From Armatimonadota bacterium (GTDB lineage Bacteria > Sysuimicrobiota > Sysuimicrobiia > Sysuimicrobiales > Humicultoraceae), in contig JBBIJB010000046.1 of assembly GCA_037446215.1 (NCBI GenBank), forward strand, positions 1-19,072: DNA of 19,072 bases, given 5' to 3'. The notes beneath the pieces were generated by a model. It did not search any database. It saw nothing but the letters and a program-made list of their open reading frames with translations, and was not told where the DNA came from. Each line of letters starts with the position of its first letter. The stretch's first letter is position 1. The position numbers were made by a program, and so were the translations under genes. Positions 1 through 8,163 of this stretch are shown one piece after another.

Positions 1-1
1 C

Positions 2-103
2 GGCGAGGGCTTCTTCATGCACGGCAGGCGGCCCGAGCTCAAGGGCTACCTCGGGATGCCGTCGCACTACTTCTGGAACACCTGGCTGGAGCCCCAGCGT
101 TGA
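2..103 (+). CDS. 3' end of a gene entering the window, probably an ABC family-5 substrate-binding protein
   Basis: Frame 2 reads GEGFFMHGRRPELKGYLGMPSHYFWNTWLEPQR* with GC3-rich codons and TGA at 101-103. The tail resembles the lkG...f.nvWl ending of family-5 SBPs. Only 33 codons are visible. Confidence 0.5.
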   Translation, partial: GEGFFMHGRRPELKGYLGMPSHYFWNTWLEPQR

Positions 104-143
104 GCCCGGGGCGGCGCACGGCCGGACCGATCGGAGGAGCACG

Positions 144-1163
144 ATGACCAGGCGCGAGCGCCTCCTGGCAGCCGCCAAGGGACGAGCGACCGACCGGACG
201 CCTATCTCGTTCTGGCGCCACTTCCCGGAGATCGACGGCGACCCCAAGCTGCTCGCCGAGGCGATGGTCGACTTCCAGAGGAGGTTCGACCTCGACCTGG
301 TCAAGTTGATGCCGAGCGGCATGTACGGAACAGAGGACTACGGCTGCGAGGCGGGCGACCCGGACCCAACCACCGGCGCGAAGCGCCTACTCTCGAGCCC
401 GGTCGACGGCCCCAAGGGCTGGGCCGAGTTGGAGCGGTCGGTGCCGCCCGCGCAGGGGGCCCGGGGCCGAGAGCTGGAGTGCCTCCGCCTGGTGCGCGCG
501 GCGCTAGGACCCGAGGTCCCGGTGCTGCAGACGGTCTTCAGCCCGAGCACCACGGCCGCCAAAGCCGCGGGCAGGGATCGGTGGATCGCCCTGCTCCGCT
601 CCGACCCAGAGAAGGCCCACCGTGTCCTGTCGGGGATGACCGGGAGCGAGCGGGCCTTCGTGGCGGCCTGCATGGACGCGGGCGCCGACGGCGTGTTCTT
701 CGCGACCCAGCTGGCAGGCGACGGCCTGCTGACCTGGGGGGAGTACGCGGCGTTCGGCCTGCCCTACGACCTGGTCGCCCTCGAGCCGCTGCGCGGGCGC
801 CCGCACATCTCGATCGCCCACCTCCACGGCGAGCAGCCGCTCTTCGATCTGGCGCGCCACTACGCGCTGCCGATAGTCAACTGGCACGACCGCCGGACCT
901 CGCCCGACCTGACCGGAGGTTTGAGCAGGATGAGCTCGGGCGCGGCGGCAGGAGGGCTGGACGAGCGGGGAGTCCTCCTGGACGGCCCCCCGGAGCGAAT
1001 CGTCGAAGATGTGCGAGGGGTCCTGACCGGAGTCCGCGGGCAGGCCGGCGGATCGCGCCACCTGCTGGCACCCGGCTGCGTCCTGCCCCTCGGGGTTCCG
1101 GAGACCCACCTGGAGGCGGCAAGGGGGGCTGTGGGAGGAGGCGGCGACGGGCGGTCGCCCTGA
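144..1163 (+). CDS. Uroporphyrinogen decarboxylase-like (URO-D/MtaA fold) protein of unknown substrate
   Basis: 339 aa, SD GGAGGAG just upstream. Motifs DRTPISFWRHF, QTVFSP, GADGVFFA, HLHG, APGC. Lacks the HemE MRQAGR motif. Confidence 0.8.
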   Translation: MTRRERLLAAAKGRATDRTPISFWRHFPEIDGDPKLLAEAMVDFQRRFDLDLVKLMPSGMYGTEDYGCEAGDPDPTTGAKRLLSSPVDGPKGWAELERSVPPAQGARGRELECLRLVRAALGPEVPVLQTVFSPSTTAAKAAGRDRWIALLRSDPEKAHRVLSGMTGSERAFVAACMDAGADGVFFATQLAGDGLLTWGEYAAFGLPYDLVALEPLRGRPHISIAHLHGEQPLFDLARHYALPIVNWHDRRTSPDLTGGLSRMSSGAAAGGLDERGVLLDGPPERIVEDVRGVLTGVRGQAGGSRHLLAPGCVLPLGVPETHLEAARGAVGGGGDGRSP

Positions 1164-1171
1164 TCCGTCCC

Positions 1172-2377
1172 CTACGGGACCTCCAACCGCACCGATACCG
1201 TATCGGTTCCGCCCACGGAGACCCGAACCACGCCTCCCGGCCTCTTTGGGTCTCGCCATGCCCTGATCAGAACCGGGCCGAGCGGCACCCGAGCCGCGAA
1301 AGCGCCGCCCGGGGCATGGATAGGCCTGCCCCACATCATCCACTCCTCGAACCGGATGGAAGAGGCCCAGGCCGCCCACGCGTCAGGCACCTGACGCCCG
1401 GAAGAATCCACGATCGTGCCGTGGATGGTGCCCGAACTCGAGACGAAGCGGAAGTCGGCAAACGAGACCGCGCCCGCGGTCGCGTGCAGTCTGGCGGCAG
1501 CCGGAACCGCAGCGCCGCCAGGCCGCCAGGCGAAGGCACCGATCTGAACGCCCGCCGGAGCCGGCCCCAGGACTGCGTAGGTCTGTTCTGACCGGGCCTG
1601 GGTTACGGCGAGGACCCGGTGCTGGCCATCTCCGGCTATCCCGTAGAGACCGACGGTCGTGAGGGAGAACGGCGGCCCGAGTCTATCAGTGATCAGCCCT
1701 GCCTCGAAGACGAGCCCCGCGGCTCCCACGAGGTTCCGGAAGTCGATGTCAAGCGCGACCGCGGACTCCTGGCCGTGCTCGGCGAGCACCTCCCGGGAGG
1801 CGATCCCCACCGGGATCTCGAGGATACCAACGCGCCAGCGTGCAGGAGGAACGGCGAGCGAGAACGACCTGTCCTCAGCCAGGGGAGCAACCGCTACCGG
1901 CAGCGTGCCCCCGGCCTGCTCGCCGGGATACGCCGCCGCGGACAGCACCGTGATCGCGGTGGGTGGATCCGACTGGAACCGCACCGCGCCCCTGATCCGC
2001 GCCGACCGCTGCATCGCGCGGAACTCAGCCGTTCTGGCCTCCCCGGCCCGGACCGCGATCGTCGCGGCGGTCGGCACGACGGCCAGGTCTGGGTGGAGAA
2101 CGACGACTTCCCATGTGCCCGGATCGACACGCAGACGAGCCCGGCCGGCAGAGTCTGTCTCCGCCGAGTGCCAGCCGCCGCCGAAGGCGATGACCTCGGC
2201 ACCGGCGACCGGCCGCCCCGCCCCATCCGACACGGCGACGACGATCCCGCCAGCGCCCGGTTGGGCAGGCTGCACTACGTGTGCGGCCGGGGACGCGGGG
2301 AAGGCGGCAGCGGACGCCGCAGCAAGTATGACGGCGCCTAGGGCCGCCAGGCCCACTCGTGGACGTTCCATGTCCAT
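1172..2377 (-). CDS. Exported protein with carboxypeptidase-regulatory-like (beta-sandwich) domains
   Basis: N-terminal signal peptide (GLAALGAVILAAASAAA). Repeats VSDGAGRPVAGAEV...TDSAGRA and GTIHGTIVDSSGRQVPDA. Start overlaps the SBP stop and its exact position is uncertain. Confidence 0.7.
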   Translation of the reverse strand: MDMERPRVGLAALGAVILAAASAAAFPASPAAHVVQPAQPGAGGIVVAVSDGAGRPVAGAEVIAFGGGWHSAETDSAGRARLRVDPGTWEVVVLHPDLAVVPTAATIAVRAGEARTAEFRAMQRSARIRGAVRFQSDPPTAITVLSAAAYPGEQAGGTLPVAVAPLAEDRSFSLAVPPARWRVGILEIPVGIASREVLAEHGQESAVALDIDFRNLVGAAGLVFEAGLITDRLGPPFSLTTVGLYGIAGDGQHRVLAVTQARSEQTYAVLGPAPAGVQIGAFAWRPGGAAVPAAARLHATAGAVSFADFRFVSSSGTIHGTIVDSSGRQVPDAWAAWASSIRFEEWMMWGRPIHAPGGAFAARVPLGPVLIRAWRDPKRPGGVVRVSVGGTDTVSVRLEVP

Positions 2378-3918
2378 CCACCAGGAATGCCGGTCGGCCT
2401 AACGCCTTGGAGGTTCCGATGGACGTAGGCCACCTCGTTGCGGAACCAGAGCGGGACCGCGGGCAGCTCCTCGGCCCAGATCTCCTGCTGGCGTTGCATC
2501 AGGCCGAGACGCTGTGCGTCGCTCAGTTCCTGGCTGGCCTGGTCGAGGACCCGGTCATTGTCAGGGTTGCGCCAGCCGTAGTAGTTGGATCCCTGAAACC
2601 GGTTCGCATCACCAGGGACCTGCGAAGAGTGCCACTGAACCAAACCCGTCGTGTTGACGGACAAGACCCAGGCGAACATAGCGAGGTGGGGAAACCGTCT
2701 CTGACCGAGCAGATTGAAGAAGTCAGGCGGGTTGTTCTTTCGCACCGAGATCCCGACGGCGCGCCATCGAGCAATGAGCAGGTCTTGGGTGCGCTCCCGT
2801 AGCGCCTGCCCCGGGGTGGTCATGAGGACCATCTCCATCCGCTCACCGGCAGCGTTGCGAAGAATGCCATCTGGACCGGCGCTCCATCCGGCCTCGGCCA
2901 GCAGGCGCCTGGCGGCGTCCGCGTCTGCCGCGTACTGGCGGACGCCTGAGTTGAAGGCGGCGTGCCAGGGCGGAAGCCACGAGTGCGCCACCTCGGCGGC
3001 TACCCATCCCGCCTCCCTGCGGATCGTCTCACGATCTATCGCATGGAGCAGCGCCTGCCGCACCCGGCGGTCGCGCAGCCACGGATTGTCCAGGTTCAAG
3101 GCGATGTGCTCGAAGACGAGACCCATGACAATCACGGGCTCGTGCTGAGGGCCCGCGCCCGCGCCGGTGAAGTCAACATGAAGCTCCTCACGGCCCGCAC
3201 CGGGCGGCGTCGCGAACCGGAAGGTGATCGCGGAGATCGCAGGCCGGCCCCCGAGGTAGTCCTCGACGCCCTGCAGCCGTATGCTCTGGCCGCGGGTCCA
3301 CTCCACGAACCGATATGGACCGTTTCCCACTGGCCTCGACGCGAACGGGCCCGCCCGGATCCCCGCGGGGTTCTCCCGGAACGAGGCCTCGAGCATGTGT
3401 CGAGGAAGCGGAACGTATCCTGTGTTTGCGCCCACGCGCCGCTCCTTCCACCTCACGACCACGGTCGAGGGATCAGGCGCGGTCACGGACGCAATCGCCG
3501 GATCGGGAGCGACGGCCCCGCTACGCGGCTCGCGGGCAACCTCCCACGCGAAGACGAAGTCGCCGGCAGCCACGGGGGCACCGTCGTGCCACTTGGATCC
3601 AGCCCGCAGCCTGAAGGTAACCTCCGCCTCGTTGCTGGGCAGCAGCCGCCACAGCCCGTTCTCCAGCGTCGGCACCTCCCGGGCCATCTGCGGATGGGCG
3701 TGCCACTCCGAGTTCAGGCCGACCAGCCCTACGAAGAGGATTCCCGACACCTGGCCCGCGACGGCAAGGCGTGAGAAGTTGGGGATGATGGAGTCTGGCT
3801 CGCTGGGAAGTCCCACTGTGACGGAATCCCTCGGCTGAGCGAGCGCGCCGGGACAGATCACAGCCGCCAAGACTATCACCGGGATGAAGATTGCGGCCAC
3901 GAGTCGAGCCACGGCCAC
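2338..3918 (-). CDS. Peptide/nickel ABC transporter substrate-binding protein (family 5)
   Basis: Signal peptide. Motifs EVPTLENG, KWHDGAPVAAGDFVFAW, PVGNGPYRF, DRRVRQALLHAIDR, EELPAVPLW, TWNVHEW. Confidence 0.92.
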   Translation of the reverse strand: MAVARLVAAIFIPVIVLAAVICPGALAQPRDSVTVGLPSEPDSIIPNFSRLAVAGQVSGILFVGLVGLNSEWHAHPQMAREVPTLENGLWRLLPSNEAEVTFRLRAGSKWHDGAPVAAGDFVFAWEVAREPRSGAVAPDPAIASVTAPDPSTVVVRWKERRVGANTGYVPLPRHMLEASFRENPAGIRAGPFASRPVGNGPYRFVEWTRGQSIRLQGVEDYLGGRPAISAITFRFATPPGAGREELHVDFTGAGAGPQHEPVIVMGLVFEHIALNLDNPWLRDRRVRQALLHAIDRETIRREAGWVAAEVAHSWLPPWHAAFNSGVRQYAADADAARRLLAEAGWSAGPDGILRNAAGERMEMVLMTTPGQALRERTQDLLIARWRAVGISVRKNNPPDFFNLLGQRRFPHLAMFAWVLSVNTTGLVQWHSSQVPGDANRFQGSNYYGWRNPDNDRVLDQASQELSDAQRLGLMQRQQEIWAEELPAVPLWFRNEVAYVHRNLQGVRPTGIPGGWTWNVHEWAWRP

Positions 3919-3953
3919 CGCCCCCCATCATCGCGTACCTGCCAGTCCCCGAC

Positions 3954-4837
3954 CTACCGGCTCACCAGCTCCCTAATGAACCGCATGAACTCGAGCGCGT
4001 AGTCCGGCTCGCTTATGCCGAAGACCCGCTCGAAGGAGGCCCACCGCCCCCAGGCCCGCGCGGCCAGGCAGTAGGCGTCGAGGGAGTCGCGGCCGCCGCC
4101 GCGCTCCAAGAGCCGCTCGACCGCCAGCAGCGACGCGCCGTAGGTCGCCGACGGGCCTCTGGCCTGTGCGAGCCGAGCCCACTCGGCCCGGGTCAACTGG
4201 ACGAGGGTGGGAAACAGGGTGCGGTCGAAGACTGCCCGCATGACCGTGATGCGGTCGGCGCGCATCTGTGAGTACGGCCGCAGCCCTTCCAGATCAACCG
4301 CCGAGAGGCCGGCCCACTCCGCCCATCCCTCGGTGACCCACGATGGGACTGCTGCCGGGCAACGCTTGACAATCCCCTGGGCCACGTGGGTGAGCTCATG
4401 GGTCACGTGGCGGAGGGTGCCGGCCTGATCCGGACCGGCCCGCCCGAACCCGTCCACGCGCGTTACTACGAAGTTGTCGGTCTTGTCCCGAAACGCGCGC
4501 CCGGTCGGCCACGCCAGCGACTCGGCCCGCTCGCGCGTGTAGCCCAGATCTGACAGGTACCACTCGATGAGCGCCGACTTGTCCGCGACGAGCACGTAGC
4601 GAACAGGACGCCCTGCAGGCCCAAGCCAAGCCGGCCGTCCATGACGCGGAGCGCAACCGTGACAGCGTTCGCGAACTGGAGGCGGACCGTCTCGGTCACC
4701 CCTCGTCCTGCCTCTACGGTGACCTGACCCTGGGCGACCAGGGCCGGGGGAAGCAGCAGCGAGGCGCACAGCACAAGGGCTGCCAGCGCAACGCCCGCCG
4801 CGGACCGCCTGTGGGTTGCTCCGGCTCTCCCGTTCAT
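3954..4837 (-). CDS. Exported HEXXH (peptidase MA-like) protein, split by a frameshift near 4612
   Basis: ATG at 4837 gives MNGRAG...VALAALVLCASLLLPPALVAQ (signal peptide) in one frame. The other frame continues RPVRYVLVADK...VTHELTHVAQ...PSWVTEGWAEW. One extra base in the C-run at 4611-4613 fuses them (LQGRPVRYV). Confidence 0.7.
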
Positions 4838-4850
4838 CCCCCAAAACCCG

Positions 4851-5108
4851 TCAGCAGCAAAGCGGCTCCCCCCCTTGCTCCTCCTCGAGCAGCGGAGGAA
4901 GAAACGTGCCAAGTATCACCAATCCCAGCGCCTCCTCCAACGAGGAGAGGGCGATGTGCAGGCCCCGAACTGCGGGCATGTCCCAACAGGCGGGTGTGCC
5001 GCCGGACCGTTCTTCCAGAGTACCACCCCCGACGTGTTCCCACGCTCTTCCGCTTTCGCGGTACGGTAGCTGCCAGGGTCGCCTTGAGGACCGTGGCGTA
5101 GGCATCAT
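4851..5108 (-). CDS. Small hypothetical ORF (85 aa), possibly a degenerate HicB-like protein
   Basis: ATG ATG at 5108, downstream of the 5281-5309 promoter. Segment PAVRG-x7-LEEAL matches HicB spacing. No clear SD. Confidence 0.25.
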   Translation of the reverse strand: MMPTPRSSRRPWQLPYRESGRAWEHVGGGTLEERSGGTPACWDMPAVRGLHIALSSLEEALGLVILGTFLPPLLEEEQGGEPLCC

Positions 5109-5155
5109 CCCGGAGCCCCGGGATCGGGGGGCCCAGTCACCGAAAGTCGGCGGAG

Positions 5156-5240
5156 CAGCTCGGTCTTTGGAAGAGCTCAGGGCTTGGAGGAGCTCATTTC
5201 TCGTAGGAGCTCGAGTCTTGGAAAAGTCAGGCCTCAGAGG
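5156..5240. repeat. Degenerate 17-bp tandem repeat, 4 copies plus 1 weaker copy
   Basis: CAGCTCGGTCTTTGGAA (5156), GAGCTCAGGGCTTGGAG (5173), GAGCTCATTTCTCGTAG (5190), GAGCTCGAGTCTTGGAA (5207), then the weaker AAGTCAGGCCTCAGAG (5224). Confidence 0.8.
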
Positions 5241-5280
5241 AACCGTGAAGCAGCAGCTATCCGATTGGTTACCGCCCACG

Positions 5281-5309
5281 ATTGTGGACTCGGCCGGAGG
5301 AGTTGTCAA
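5281..5309 (-). promoter_or_regulatory. Sigma70-type promoter
   Basis: Minus strand reads TTGACA (5309-5304), 17 nt, CACAAT (5286-5281). Predicted start about 5274. Confidence 0.7.
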
Positions 5310-5400
5310 GGGTGAACCTGGGGTGCCGGAACGAGCCTGGTCGCACCCGGCGGGAGGCAGCCACCGTCCCGCCGAACCTAGACCGCGCACACCCACGGAG

Positions 5401-6516
5401 GTGAGGGCGCTGAGGATCGCGCAGGTCGAGGTCTACGGGTACGACCTCCACTACGTCCACGGGGACTACGTGATGTCGGGCGGACGCATCGTGCGGGAGC
5501 TGCCGTCCACCGTGGTGAGGGTAACGACCGACCAGGGAGTCTTTGGCTGGGGCGAGGTCTGCCCTCTCGGCCAAACCTACCTGCCCGGCTTCGCCGGAGG
5601 CGCCCGGGCCGCGCTGCGGGAGCTGGCGCCGGCGCTGGTCGGCGCCGACCCAAGGAATCTGGCCCTCATCAACGAGCGGATGGACAGCGTGCTGCGCGGC
5701 CACGCGTATGCCAAGAGCCCTCTCGACGTGGCCTGCTGGGACATCTTGGGCAAGGCCGCCGGGTTGTCGGTCGCGGCGCTGTTGGGAGGGCAGCGGCAGG
5801 ACAGGTACCCGTTGTACACGGCGGTGCCGCTCGCGGGCGCCCGGGAGATGGCCGCCTTCGTCCAGGCGCGCCGCGACGAGGGCATCCACCGCTTCCAGCT
5901 GAAGATCGGCAGCGATCCCTATCGTGACGCGGCCCTGGTGCGCCACGTGGTGGAGATCACGGACGAGGACGACCTCATCGTCGCCGACGCCAACGGCGGA
6001 TGGCGGCTGCAGGACGCGGTCGTCGCGGCCCGCCTGATCGAGCCGCTGCCGCGCGTCTATCTGGAGCAGCCGTGCCCCACGCTGGAGGAGTGCGCAGCGG
6101 TGCGCCGGGTGACAACGCTGCCTATGATCTACGACGAGGTGGTGACCGACGTGCCGTCGCTGCTGGCGGCCGTCCAGCAGGGCGGCGCAGGAGGCATAAA
6201 CCTCAAGATCAGCAGGGTCGGCGGCCTGATGAAGGCCCGGCTGATCCGCGACCTCTGCGAGGCGCTCGGGGTGTCGCTGACGGTAGAAGACACATGGGGC
6301 GGCGACCTGGTCACCGCGGCGACGAGCCAGCTCGCGGCGAGCGTGCGGCCCGACGCCCTCTTCACCGTGTCGTTCATGAACGACTGGACGAGCGAGCACA
6401 TCGCGGGCTACCAACCCCGCTCCCAGGGCGGCTGGGGCGGACCCACGCCGGGGCCGGGCCTCGGTGTGGAGGTCGACATCCAGGCCCTCGGCGAGCCGCT
6501 GTTCGTGACGCGCTAG
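5401..6516 (+). CDS. Enolase-superfamily (MR/MLE) enzyme, cis-3-hydroxy-L-proline dehydratase (LhpI)/Hyp-betaine epimerase-like
   Basis: GWGEVCPLG.TYLP, RGHAYAKSPLDVACWD, FQLKIG, VADAN, LEQPC, YDE, INLKISRVGG, EDTWGGD, PGLGV. The real start is about 5401 (GTG) or 5410 (CTG), not 4816. Confidence 0.85.
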   Translation: MRALRIAQVEVYGYDLHYVHGDYVMSGGRIVRELPSTVVRVTTDQGVFGWGEVCPLGQTYLPGFAGGARAALRELAPALVGADPRNLALINERMDSVLRGHAYAKSPLDVACWDILGKAAGLSVAALLGGQRQDRYPLYTAVPLAGAREMAAFVQARRDEGIHRFQLKIGSDPYRDAALVRHVVEITDEDDLIVADANGGWRLQDAVVAARLIEPLPRVYLEQPCPTLEECAAVRRVTTLPMIYDEVVTDVPSLLAAVQQGGAGGINLKISRVGGLMKARLIRDLCEALGVSLTVEDTWGGDLVTAATSQLAASVRPDALFTVSFMNDWTSEHIAGYQPRSQGGWGGPTPGPGLGVEVDIQALGEPLFVTR

Positions 6517-6524
6517 CCGGCAGG

Positions 6525-6554
6525 GAGGGGGAGGCGGCGCGCCGCCTCCCCCTC
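6525..6554. terminator. Perfect 30-bp palindrome between convergent genes, probable bidirectional terminator or RNA-stabilising hairpin
   Basis: GAGGGGGAGGCGGCG|CGCCGCCTCCCCCTC, followed on + by TTCCTT. Confidence 0.6.
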
Positions 6555-6588
6555 TTCCTTCCGATCTTCGTCGTGAGTAGGCCGCGCG

Positions 6589-8147
6589 CTACCGCCTGAG
6601 CCAGGCCTTGTGTACCGCGACGCGCTCGGCCGGGTGAACGACCACTCCCTGCACGGCGTGCCGGATGCCGGTGACCTGCGACTCGCTGTGTAGGAAGAGC
6701 CAGGGAGCGTCTTCCATGATGATGCGCATGGCCTCTGCGTAGAACTTCTTGCGCTCACCCGGGTCGATGGTCCTCCGGCCTTGATCAAGGAGGGTATCCA
6801 CCCTCTCGTTCTTGTAGAAGCCCCGGTTGTTGGACGCCGGTGCCCACTGCGACGAGTGGAACAGGGCGTAGAGCCCGTAGTCCGCGTCGCCCGTCACCGT
6901 ACCCCAGCCGATCAGGTACATCTGGGTGTCGTTCTCGGGTTGGGGCCGGTTCGTGAAGGCCAGGTAGGCTCCCCACTCCATCGTCCTCATCTCGAGCTCT
7001 ATCCCAACCCGGCGGGCGAGCCCCTGAATCCCCGCGGCTATCTCGGCATCGCGGATGTAGCGCCCCGTGGGATGATGGAAGACGGCCCGCAGCGGGCGGG
7101 CGCGGCTGAACCCGGCCTCGCGCAGGAGCGCCTCGGCCCGGTCCATATCCCACTCGTAGGTCATCGTCTTGGAGTAGCCCTCGACGTTGGGCGGGATCGG
7201 CGCGTCGGAGACCCGGGCCGTGCCGTTTAGGACGCTACTGACGATCGCGCGCTTGTTGATCGCGTAATTCAGGGCCTGGCGGAGCCGCCGGTCGTTGAAC
7301 GGCGGGCGTGTCACGTTGAACCCGACGAAGATGGTGCGGAGGCTCTCGGACACCACCACGCCGAGGTCGCGGTGGCCCTTGAGCCGGTCGATCTCGCGCG
7401 GCGGCACACGGACGGCCACATGGATCGAGCCGCCCTCCAGCGCCAGCACGCGCGCCCCGTCCTCAGGGATCACGCGGAACTGCACCTCGTCTACGAAGGC
7501 CTTCTCTCCCAGTAGTCGTCGTTGCGCGTGACCGAAACCCTGTCGCCGCGGACCCATTCCTTGAACTTGAACGGGCCGGTGCCCACCGGATGCCGGGGGT
7601 AGTCGACGCCCGTCCGGCGAATGGCGGTCGGGCTCTGCATGCCGATCGCGCTGTGGGTCAGGTGGGCCAGCAGCGGGCCAAAGGGCGCCGCGGTTGTCAG
7701 CCTGATCGTCATGGGATCGACCACCGTGACGCTCGTGATGCGGTCGATCAGGAAGCGGAACGGCGCCCGCGTGGCAGGATCGAGCACTCGGTCGAGGTTG
7801 AACTTGGCGGCCTCCGCGTCAAAGGGGGTCCCGTCATGGAACCGCACACCGGGCCTGATCCGGAGGGTCCAGGTCAACCCATCGGGCGTGGACGTGTGCG
7901 AGGCGACCAGCCTGGGTTCGATCTTCCCCTCCGGTGTGAGCGCGAAGAGCCCCTCGACGATGTGGTCCAAAATGGCAAAGGTCGGTGCGTCGGGGGAAGT
8001 GGCAGAGTCGAGCGCCACCGCGTCCGTACCGGAGGCGATGACAAGCACCCCGCCACGCGTGGGGGTCACGGCCGGACCGGCGGCCGCGGAGAGGCCAAGT
8101 GCTCCGGTCAGTGCGATCATGGCAAGAACGGACAGCAACCTATGCAT
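6589..8147 (-). CDS. GsiB/DppA-like ABC substrate-binding protein (family 5), split by a frameshift near 7509
   Basis: N-half (7491-8147): signal peptide, GVRFHDGTPFDAEA, PVGTGPFKF, RNDDYW. C-half: GEKAFVDEVQFRVIPE, RLRQALNYAINK, GWGTVTGDADYGL, EDAPWLFL. One extra base in the C-run at 7508-7510 restores DDYWGEKAF. Confidence 0.88.
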
Positions 8148-8163
8148 GCAGCCTCATCCCTCC

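Noticed and set aside
3915..3935. Possible third homopolymer frameshift linking ATG ATG (3931) to the SBP frame
   Set aside because: The GTG at 3918 already gives a complete signal peptide, so it cannot be decided from sequence.
5156..5240. CRISPR array
   Set aside because: Units are only 17 bp with 6-bp cores and mutually similar linkers, and no cas genes are present.
4816..5400. 195-aa N-terminal extension of the enolase-family ORF
   Set aside because: Low-complexity, non-coding-like sequence spanning a promoter and the repeat array. Family similarity begins at about 5410 where a strong SD lies.
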